From Paraspadella gotoi (Eukaryota > Animalia > Chaetognatha): DNA of 64,000 bases. The translations under genes were made by a program, and so were the position numbers. Each line of letters opens with the position of its first letter. The first letter of the stretch is position 1. Where the stretch lies: NCBI GenBank assembly GCA_051294375.1, contig CM119271.1, positions 6,511,632 to 6,575,631 on the forward strand, given 5' to 3'. Positions 38,498-49,322 of the stretch are shown here, piece after piece. The notes beneath the pieces are model-generated. The model was not told where the DNA came from. It saw only the letters and a program-made list of their open reading frames with translations, and searched no databases.

Positions 38498-41400
38498 GAG
38501 GAGCAGATTGAGAGATGGAGAGGAGAGAGAGAGAATATGTGAGAATGAGAGAGAATATGAGAGAGAGGTACTTTTTGTACTTTTCATTTCCACTCGGACG
38601 ATTCCAACGATTCCAACTGAATCTCACTTTTTTACTTACACAAAAAATTTCAAGTTAATTGAGAGACAAATTGTTGCATAATTGATCATAATTCGATGTT
38701 CTGACATGATCTAAATGAACGGCCGACAGAATGGTGACGGTGGACCGGCGGACCGACAAAGTAACTTATAAAGCCGCCATCTGCTAATTCTATAACTATT
38801 AACGAGTCATTTTAATTTTTATCGTCCCGTTGTCTTTTTACTCTACCCTCGAACGCGACCTCGCTCCTTCTCCAAAATAATGTCTTGTCTTTGGTGATCT
38901 TCTCCCTTTTTCCCCCCCTTCTTTTCCCCCCGACGCAGCCCGGGTGTCCTTTGGCCGCCTTCCGTTCTCCCGGTCCCAATTTTATCAGTGCCAGGGAGAA
39001 GAGGAGCGGAGAAAAGTAGCGGCCTTTGTGCTCCTCATCAATCTCCGTCCTGAGACTTTCCAATCCTCGGCTGAGTCAGTCGCCGAAGAAATTAGCGTCG
39101 GGAGGTGGACCGGGGGTCGCTTCGCCTCTTCGATCGGGAGAAGGGGAGTGGGATGGATCACATGGAAGAGAGAGAGAGAGATGTCGTAATCACATATGCT
39201 CAGACAATTTACTTAAAAGTTAACTACACGACAGAGAAAAAGAGTGAAGCGGGAAAATGAGGGAAGATTTAAAAAAAGAATGTTTTTACGGATCCAAGTG
39301 AATGAAAAGGGAAAACAAAAAAAAATGGGGGGGGGGAGGAAAACTGGTTGGGCGTTTCCTCAATTCACTTTGCATATTTCCTTCCTTTAATTCCCCGCCC
39401 AGCCTTTGCCAAGGCCCGCCTCCCGTGCCGCAGCCCTCAGCCCGCGGCCCCGGGCCCACCGGGCCGATAAGTCGCCTTTCTCCTTCTCGAGTGGAGCCAG
39501 ATTCATTTTTCTCTTCCGCCAGGCGGCATCTCTTGCGCTCCAGTTTTCCCTTCGATCCTCGAGAGATTAATTAATTTTAACAAGCCAAGTCTCTTCTTGA
39601 ATCCTCTCTGTCTCTATTCGAGCGCCGGAGGAGGAAAAACTGAGGCGGCGATGCCGTCGGAGTTTGTGTTGGGGCAGGCGGAGAGGGGGAGGAAGGGCGA
39701 TGAGATGGGACAACAGAAAGTCGGATTTTAAAAATTTATAAATGTACTGTAAATGTTTCGTCATTGGGCTTGGTATTTCGCCCTAAATTGTATTGCTGTA
39801 ACTCTCGTGGTCCTTTTTAAAAAAATGTGCAAAAGTAAGAGAAGAGAAAATTTTCATTTTGCCGCCAATTTTAGGCAATAGAATTGAATCACTAACGAAG
39901 CGAAGCGTCGTCATTTTCTCAGCTCCTCAACGATGAGCCGAAAAAAACTCGGTCCTCAAAACGACCAAAATATTCTATTACCCCCTCCAGTGAAAAAAAA
40001 AAAATATGGCGATTCGAATACTCGCTAAGGGAATCAAAGGTGCAGTTTGTGCGGGGAGAGACCGGTCGTAACTATGACAAATGACGGCAGTTAACGTTAA
40101 CTCTCTGCGGTTGAAAGTCATATTAAGAGCGCGGCAAGAGCGACGACTGCATCGGAGGATGAGGGGGGGACCCGGGGGGGGGGACTATGAGACCGCGAAT
40201 AAATTGGCACTTCAAACCTCCTGCGCTTTGCCGCATTAATTTTTAACACTTCGGCGATAACGGAATATTCACAACGTAGTCGTTAAACCAGTTATTTCTT
40301 TTTCTTTTCTTTCTTTTCAGGGCGAGAACCTATGTGGGACCCGTAAGCTTAATGTATCATTTCCTGTGTAAAATCTATCAAAGTTTTATCTGGAACGGAA
40401 CATTGTTGAAATTGAGAGCAAAATAATATTGTAACATCACGCCATTTATAGTCTAATTCAGAAAAAAAAGATTACCGAGTGTTAGAGTAAAGACTGAAGA
40501 GAACATTGGCTAAAAATAATCTACTGTGGCGGTATATTCACACCGCCTCACGTCCACCATCCTTCAGCCAAATCCATTGGCTCAGAGGGGGAACACACCA
40601 TCCCAGGCGTAGTGTTCCATCCACAGTCCTAACGACTTCCCTCTGCGTTGGCAAAGCGAGACCGTCCTAGGGTAACCGCGCCAGTGACTGGAGGCGTCAC
40701 TGAGGGTCGGAAGCCCCCAAAGCCAACATCACAGGCAACCCGGCTGTTGCCATACTACTTTAATTGTTGACTCCAACTCCGTTCTGCGCTCCCCACTAAT
40801 TCAAATTCTCCAACCCCCCCCCCACAATATATCAGGTTTCGAGCACGCGCAGCAATTCAAGTCTTGCTACAGACTAATGACGAAAAAGCGCTCGTGGGCG
40901 GAGGCGCGGCAACGGTGCCAGAGTCTCGGCGCTGATCTCGTCGCCTTGACGACCAAGAAGAAAAACGACTATTTCGTCGACGTGGCCATTAAGGTAAGCT
41001 TTGGAAAGGGAGGGGGACAAGCGGATAGGGAGAATGTCAATGTAAATAAGTAATAAATTAATAAAGCGACTTAAAAAAAATCGAAACTTTTTTACACTAA
41101 GTAGATGTACGTTTGGATGATTTTGAGACTAACCAGTCACAGGGATCCATTATTAGTGATTAATGAACCTTGGTAAGTCTTCAGGGCAAGACTGAAGTTA
41201 CAAATACATTTTGACTTAGGTCCTAACTGCGGTTGTTTAAAGAACTAGCACGAAATCTTTGTCGCTAGACTTTTTTTTTAATTTTTTTTCTGAAATAAAA
41301 GACATCGTGAATAACGAACGTGTTTTTTTTTTCAATTTTTCTAACATCCACGCCCCCCAAATTATCAGGCGAACTTTAGAAACGAGATTTTTTGGACAAG

Positions 41401-41779
41401 CGGGCGGTTGATCGAGCCGGGGGAACGCATCCCGGAACCCCCGGGATATTACCCGGGATCGACGGCGGAGGCGTCGCTGTTGGGCGGCGTCGACCCGCCC
41501 GCCCCCGCCTCTTCATCCTCCGTCTACGCCTCTCCCGTCCGCTCACGACCCGGCGGCCGAAACGCCTCCGTCCCCGATCTCAGCTTCGTCGGGGACAAGA
41601 GAAACTGGGTCTGGTACTCGACGGGGCGGACCATCAGACTCAGGAACTGGGTGCAAGGAAATCCGCGGCTGGATCCCGCCGCCGACTGCATCGAGCTCAA
41701 CACGGCCAACTACAAGTGGGCCTCCTTCTCTTGCGCCGCCAAGTTTAGGTTCATTTGCGAGATTAACTACGAGGCTTGA
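32882..41779 (+). CDS. Type II transmembrane C-type lectin-like domain protein (5' end lies further upstream)
   Basis: Phase-consistent GT-AG exons: 32882-33022, 35037-35230, 35572-35708, 37617-37764, 38077-38124, 40836-40993, 41369-41779. They encode a cytoplasmic tail, TM helix LGYIVATLTFFCSVFLGTVIFASVTAI, a helical neck and a CTLD (GCPTGF..SCYRL..SWAEARQRCQSLGADLV..FWTSG..WVWYSTG..NWVQGNP..DCIEL..KWASFSC..FRFICE). Confidence 0.85.
34285..34535. repeat. Degenerate complex repeat with GTGAATGGAACCAGTGAATCT blocks
   Basis: Block recurs near 34292, 34361 and 34489, together with AAGTCGCA.GGGG motifs. Confidence 0.65.
40525..40754. mobile_element. Solo-LTR-like 230-bp insertion in a lectin intron
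   Basis: TGTGGC...GCCATA near-inverted ends flanked by a 4-bp direct repeat CTAC (40521-40524 and 40755-40758); GC-rich against the AT-rich intron. Confidence 0.5.
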
Positions 41780-42919
41780 TTCGAAGGGGGGGGGAGAGAA
41801 GGAGAGATAGATGGTGGGGGGAAAAGGAAAAGTGGTGGGGGTGACAAAGAAAGTGAGGAGAGAGAGAAGAGAGAGGAGAGAGAGAAGAGAAAAGGAGAAA
41901 GAGAAGAGAAGAAGAGAGAAAAGATAAGAGAGAAGGCAAAAAGAGGGCGAATGGAAAGTATAAAACTTTCGACTCCGAAGGAATTCGAAAAAGAGTTAAT
42001 TAAAAGCCTTTCCCCCCCAAAAAAATAAAATAAATAAAATTACGCGCTTAATCTTATCGATGTTCTAATTTTCCTTTTCAAATTGACATCTTCGCTTCAG
42101 CAAATCTCCCTCCCCCTCCCGTTGTCTCCCTCCGTAATTTCTGGTTTTTTTAACTGTCAAGATATAATTAAGATTATATAATTATATAATTAAGATGCGC
42201 ACTCTATTTTATAAATATCAGAGAATATTTTATTTCCTGACGAATTTATATCTAAATAAATGGAATAAACGTCTTTTAGTCATATTACCCCTCGCCCAAG
42301 TCGAGCAAGCTGGTCTTTAAATTTGTGAAAAAACCAAATCAAACGACTCGAAGTAACTTTTCAGTGCCAGCATTAATTGACCAAACCTCAACAATATCAT
42401 CAATTCATTAAGCAACACAGGTATAACATTCCAAAATAATGATTCCCCCCCCTTTTCCTTTTCCCCCACCCCTAATACCCCTATATAAAAAAAATTAAAT
42501 TTTCAATTCTCCCTACGTATTTTTCATCGAAAAATTCAATTCTTTTATTGAGCATAGAAAGATGATATTGTAAACTAACTTCATGTTAACTGTTTTGTTG
42601 ATTTTTCGTGTTCTTAAAACTCATGACTAAATACAAAAAACCTTGATTGGACTTCGAACTATCTTTCTAACAGGGAGTCATGAAAAAAGAAAGGAAAAAA
42701 AAAAGAATAATTTTTTATCTTCTTTATTAAATAAACCAATCAAAAAAAGTCAAGCCTATACACGTATATCTAATTTTTCTTTATTGGTTGGAAATACAAC
42801 AATCTTTTGTCAGTCCTTTTTTCTAATTTCATTCAGTGATCTCAGAAAGTTCACCCAATCAACCGTGACCAACAGGAAAGAGGACGAGTAAATGAGAAGG
42901 AGTTTGAAAACTTGTGTTA

Positions 42920-45900
42920 TCAGTAATAGGGTCTCCTAGGGTTGTTTAAGGGATTAGGTCTGAAGCGATAAGCAAGCATCATTCTCTTGCGGTACATCTC
43001 ATACTCGTCGTCGTTGGCCTTGACGTCGTTGGGCCTTTCACCGACCACGCCGAGACCTGACCCGTCGATAGACTGTTGCCCCCTGCAATGAAGAAAATAT
43101 ACGACGTAAACAACACAAAAAAGGGTAAAAAAGATTAAAAATAAAAAAAATAAAATTGTTCAGGAATGTAGTATACTTGGTATTGTTTCTTAAAAACTAA
43201 ATTTTTTTGACTCGTCGAATTACAATATGATGTATTAGCTATTAATGCTTAAAAGTTATGACTGGAGACTCGAGTCTCGAGTTACAGTCAATACCATGTG
43301 AAAACAAAATAAATCGGCCAACATTCTGTTGTTTCTCACTTGTTGACAGGGGCGGTAATTCCTTGGTTTTGAGGACCGAGACCCTGACCAGGGGTCCAGC
43401 CCATTTTCTCCATCATTTGGAAGCCGATGTTTTGGACCGTCAACTTGAAATCCTATGAGTGTGGTAAACAAGATTTTATTTCCGTCGTGAAAAGAAAAAT
43501 CGTTTTTTTTTTTTATTACGACGAACGAGCGACTTGAAAAAGGCAACCCGAATCCGTTCTCCCCCTCCTCCCCGTCTTGGAAATGGATGTTCGAACCTTG
43601 TAATCGGAGAGGTCAGGGGTGCGGCCGTCCTTGATGGCTTGGCACTTTTCCATAAACTTTTCGAGTTCGTCCGGCGGAAGAAAATCGCCGAGATGATGTT
43701 TGCCACGTCCCTCTTCGGTCAATTTACCGGCGAGTTCCTAGGTGTAGGAGGAGATTATAAGCATTGACAACAAATATTGTCGGGCAAAAGTGTCAAATAA
43801 ACGTTAAATTATTTATTGAGTAAAAAGCTACATCCGATTTTATTTCAAAGGAAAAATTGATTAACTAAACGTGGTCTCATTCCTCCTTTCGGGATCTCGT
43901 TTCCGGGGGACCAATTTTTTAGCGCTGAAGCGAACGGAGGCAATTACCTGGATCAGGTGAACCGCGAATGGGAAAGAGCGGGAGACGTCGACCGGGTGGG
44001 TGAAAGCGTCGTCATCGTCATCGTCGTCGCCGGGCGGATTGAAAAGGAGACGAAGTGGAAGAAAGCGACCAAGACGAAGAAAAGCCGGGCACCATGTAAG
44101 AGAAAAAACTTAAAGAAAATTAGTAAAGTGGATTACCAAAGATCTAAAGGTCGAAAGTTTTTTTTTGACTGAACGGGATTTTTCGATAAGAAAAAAAAAT
44201 CACGTTCGGAAAAAAAAAGTAGCTTGAATCAAAGGGGAACTCACCCTAGTGGCCTCCATCTCCATGGAGCGTCGCTGATGTTCCCAGGTTCCGGCGTTGG
44301 GATCGATTTCTTCGTCGGAATCGTACTCGTACTGGACCTTATTTTTTAAATATTCCAAAATTTAGTTTGACAACAAAAGCGTTTAAAATTAATCATCAAA
44401 TTTGTAATTTCATCACACCTTTCCCTGTTGTTGCATGTTGTCACGGATTTTTTGTTTCGTGATCAAGTAATCGTAGATGGCGTTCATAGTTTGTTGCTCC
44501 CTGAAGATTGTTCGAACATTAAAGTGATTTCAACCTAATAACGCAACTTTCAAATCCCGAATCCTTCCTTACTGAATTTGTTTAAGTTGCGATTCGGAAA
44601 TATCGTCGGATCCAGTGTACTTCCTCGCCATGGCCTTTCGCAGCGCATCAGACTTTTGCATCAGAGGAAGCAACGCCGGCGGTTTGTTCGCGCCCCCGGC
44701 CACTCCTACTGCGCCCATAGCCATTGGTGGGCGGGGCGATCCTTGAAGTCCGGAAGGTAAAACGCCGACGCCTCCTAGTCCCACCAACGGACGAACAGAG
44801 GCCGCTCCGGCGGGGCCGACCGAAGCCACCCCGGGAGAAGCGAGTGTTCCAACCGCGGGTAAGTTGGCGCGGTCCTCTTGTGAACCCCAGCGAGACTTTC
44901 GTTTGCGGGACTTAAATCCGAGCCCTACTGTGCTCGGTCCGCCGTCGTCTTCGGTGTCGGCCTCGGCGGCCGCTGCCGCCTTTTCCTCCGCCTCTTTCTT
45001 GTTCTGGTTTCTGATGCTAAAGAGCTGCCGCTGGTAGTCTAGATACAAGGGGTTGGTCTTGCTGAAGAGAAACCAATAATCGGGGTCGTTGAGGTGCTGC
45101 TTCTTGATCGCCTCCTCCGTTTCCTCGCCGCCTGAGGCCACGAGGGCCGCTACCTGTTGGCCGATCGCGAAAGTGAAACCAAATCAATAAACTTCAGTTT
45201 ATTTACAAATTAACTATTTAACAAAAAATAAAAAAACGGACCAACCTGTTGAATGATTGTCTGTTCTGTGTCGTTTGGCTTCACCGTTCCGCTGGGCGAG
45301 AGGGCGTGATCGCTTCTCGGAGGCACCCCCATGCCGCCCGGAGGGCAAACTCGCGGAGGGGGCGCGAAAGAGAGCGGCGGGCCGGCGAAATTTGGAGGCG
45401 GCTGAGGAGGAACGGTCATTGGCGGCTGAATAGGGATTGGCGGTGGAGGCGGAGTGTGAACAAAAGGGGAACTCATCGAGGGCGGGGGACAAGGACTGCC
45501 GGAATTGTCCGGGTTGGGAGGAGCTTGTAGGGAAATCGATGGGGAGGATATGGAAACGAATTCTGCGCCGGGATGTAGTTGATGCGGCGGCGGCGGTGGC
45601 GGCTGACCTAAAGAGGATGATTTCCCAAATGAGAATTTGGAGCCGGCGGAGGGGGTGGGAGGGATGTTAAATCTGGGGGTATAGGCGGAGGCGTTGGCCG
45701 AGATGGTGAGCAGTAGAGGGTGGACGGACCAAGGACAGGATTTGGGAGGGAATTGCAGAGGCTGGCGGAAGATCATCGGGGGGTTGAACAGTGGTGATAG
45801 GGGGCGGGGGGATGTGGGAAGCCGGACGAGGAACTGCTTGGGGCAAGGAAGAAAGGGCGACACTCTGCGGAGGAGGGATTCCTTGAGGAGGAGCGGGTAC

Positions 45901-48900
45901 GCCCTGCGAAGGAGGGAGGCCGGGTGGAGTGGGAATACCTTGAGGAGGGGGTATTCCTTGGGGTAGAGGAGGAATACCTTGAGGTGGTGGAACACCCTGC
46001 GGCGGAGGGACACCCTGAGGCGGGGGAGGGACACCCTGCGGAGGAGGTGGAACACCCTGCGGAATAGGAGGAACCCCCTGAGGGGGTTGCACTCCTTGGG
46101 GCGGGGGAGGAGCCGTATTTGTTTGTGGAAGAATTCCCTGAGGAGGAGGAATGCCCTGCGGAGGGGGGACACCCTGAGGAGGCATTGACAGGCCCGAAAG
46201 AGGAGGCACTCCGGTCGGTGGCGGCACTCCTTGTGGGGGCGGGACGCTCATAGGAACAGTCGTCGCGGCCGATATACCAGAGGGAGTCGGCATACCCGGC
46301 AAGGGAACCTCGTTAGGGACAGGCATGTCCTGATTAAGACTCATTATGTCTGATAAGGTGCTAGGCGGAGGCGGCGGTGGGGGTGGAGGCGGCGGTGGAA
46401 ACCCGTGGGGCGGCGGAAGCATGTTTGGGTTTCCCGGGTTAAATCCACCGTCGCCGCGAAGGTGGGGAGGCGGAGGCATCCCGCCGTTGTTGGTCAGGGG
46501 CCCGGAATGGTGCGGAGGCCCTCCCATGAAGTTAGGGCCGCCCATCCCAGAAAAAGGAGGAGCGACGGGGTGCCTGTTAAAGTCACCGGAATCTCCGAAT
46601 GGGTGACCGAATCGATCGGGTGGCATCGATCCAGAAAATCCGTGAGGGTTGACCCCCGTTCCTCCCTGATCCGTTCCGAAAGGTGAAGCGGGTTCGGGAG
46701 GCACGTTGAAACGAGGGGGAAAAGGCGGTTGGTTGCCAGATTGAGGCGGAAAATCCTCGGACGGTCCCTGGGGGGTGGGAAGGAGGTCTTGAATTTAATT
46801 GACATTTTCAAAAAAGAACGCCGCATTTAATTTAATTTGGATGTAAATTTAATTCAATTCAATTAAAAACAAATAAAAATTAAATTTAATTAAAGTACAT
46901 TGAAATAAATTTAATTGCTATTTTAAAATACGGATGCAAAGCGATTATGGATTCTTCAGACAACAACAAAATTAACTTTTTAAGTTTTTCGACGTACAAA
47001 TATAATCGTCCACTTACCATAAACGGCCCCCCCATTCTTTTCTCCCGATTAGCCGAAGAGTCATGAGGCGGGACGCTTGAATCCGTCAAAGGGGGAGGAG
47101 GCGGCTGGTTCCAAGGCGGCCCCCTGTTGGGACCGAGGGGCCGATACGGCGGGCAGGAAAGGGGTGGTGGGGCGTGACGAGGGAGTGGCAACGGCGGATT
47201 TTCCGCAGGCTTTTGTTGCGGCGGCGGCGGAGGGGGCGGCCTGATTCTGAGAGGAGGAACTCCTCCTCCTCGCGAATCCGAGGGAGGCGGAGTAAACTCT
47301 GTCGGCATAGGAGATTTGGGCGGCTTCAAGCGCGGCGCGCCGGCAGAATCGCCTAAAGGGGGAAAAACAAGAAAAAGTCGGGGCGGATCTCTCGTAACAG
47401 TTACGAGGAACGGAACGCGCGCGGAAAGCGAATGATTAAATATGTAACAGTTAAACCCAAGATGAACCTTCAGAGAATTTGGTGGAGTTGCCGGATTCTG
47501 GCCGAAAATTTTCGGGTGGTAATTGGGGCCCCTCTTCCGGGGGAAGGACCGGAACTTCAATGTCCATCAAACTAGGAATTCCGGCCGAGTTTAAGGGGCC
47601 GGCGGCGTCCGGAGCTGGAACACGGGGGGGGGTGGAAGAGTTAAAAATGGCGTTAAAAAAGAAGTAGGAAAGAAAAGGAAAAGTTGTCTGGAAAGGCAAA
47701 AGCGAGAAAAATGAAAATTAAGGAGAAAAGACTTTAAAAAAGTAAAAGAAAAAAAACTTGAAAGAAGAAATAGACCAGAGGGAGCTAAAGGAGACGTGTG
47801 TGAGAGAGCAAATTGCAAGGTTTTTTTTTACCTTGGAGAAAAATAAAAAGGACGAGGTAAAAAAGTATAAATAAAAAATCGGTGAAGGGAGATGGAAAAG
47901 CAGGTTCTATCCCCCCCTTCCAATCCTTTCCGCTTCCTTTATCTCTCTTTCTTTCCGTCTCTCCAACGCCTTTCATAAAATGGTTAACGGCTATTTATTA
48001 TTCAAAGACTTTCTCCTTCCCTCCCGATAAAAGAGAGGACGCCCAACTCGCTTTTGACTTTTCCTCCTTAATTGGATTCTCCATCCATTCGTCAGCGGAG
48101 GTTACAGTGCGTTAAAAAATAAAAGAGTTATTTTCCTTTCTCTCTCTTGAGGGTTATCAGTAGAAATGATGAAACCATTAGCCAAAGTCCATATAAGAAA
48201 ACGATAAAAAATAAAATCACAGGAAGAGTGTTTATTCACAGTAGACTTGAAACAACCTAATCAGGCACAGACAGAGCTCATGGATTAGGTTCGGGAAAAA
48301 TATGGTTTTAATGAAAAATGAAGAAAGGCATATCTTATTATAATCATCCTTAAAACTATGAAAATGACAATTTACAAAACAATTCGAGGATACTCTTTCT
48401 GATTAAACATTTCTCATCTTACTTTCACGCTTTTCTGCGTCATCCGTTGCGACTGCGACGGAAAAGAGAGCGCCTTCTGCTGCCCTCGCCGTTTCAGTCG
48501 AGGTGGCGTTTCTCGGCGGCTCCTTTCCCTGCATCTGGTAGAACTTGGCCATAAACGACCCATCATTGATAAACATGCCGTCCATCCGCGTGGTCTCCTT
48601 GGCTCGTGGCGGCCCTTTCTCCGCGCAGCCGCTGACCGTCTCGGCCCCGTTCTTGCCCTTCAGCCCAAAGCGGGCGGCGGAAAACTTTCCCAGTGCCGTC
48701 TTCTTACCGGGAAAAGCGGTCTGAGCGCTTCGTCCGGTGTCGTCCTCGGCGGTCTTGAGCGCCTTGGCTGCGAGCTTGGCTTCGGCCTCTCGCTTTTTCT
48801 CTTCCAACCACCGTTCTTGATCGTTCATCTGCTTGGCGCGTTCGGAGGGGAAACGGCTGCCTGACCAGGAGCCCCGACCACGTGAAGGTGTTCGAGACAT
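42920..48900 (-). CDS. SUGP1: SUGP1/SF4 splicing factor (SURP and G-patch) with a large proline-rich insertion, about 11 exons
   Basis: Phase-consistent exons: 48900-48423, 47614-47468, 47352-47018, 46767-45939(?), 45607(?)-45246, 45153-44573, 44500-44419, 44337-44245, 43737-43597, 43452-43340, 43082-42920. Motifs: FINDGSF, SURP ([17 protein letters not shown]), [39 protein letters not shown]-patch [12 protein letters not shown] and terminal [23 protein letters not shown]. The junction at 45608-45938 is uncertain. Confidence 0.93.
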
Positions 48901-49322
48901 AGTGCGTCTAACACCGATATTTAGATTAGTTTTCTAATTTAACTAAAAACCAACTGGTTATCGGCAATGTCGCCTTTCTTTGGTGTCTTTTATTTTTGGT
49001 TTTTAAAAGTTCGTTTTTATCATGTTCTCAAGAAACTCGAGAAACATCTTTAAAAATTTGGAAGAGAAAAGTCGTTTTAACAACGATTTAATAGTAATAA
49101 ATAATACACGTACAATTGCCAATAATATTTACATAATATTGGCGTGGCTAAAAATATATCAATTGGCAAAAGTTCAAAATGAATGATTCATTAGTAATTG
49201 ACTCGGATGACAAGAATGAGGTCGTGATGCAATAAACATAGGGAAAGATGAATACGTACTACGGAGATGGCTTTAAATAGTAGAGGGGAGAGTGGGGAAG
49301 ATGTGGGGAGGAGGATCAAGGG

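Noticed and set aside
48254-48291. AACCTAATC/GATTAGGTT hairpin in SUGP1 intron 1 as a possible snoRNA
   Set aside because: No correctly placed H/ACA or C/D boxes and no second hairpin.
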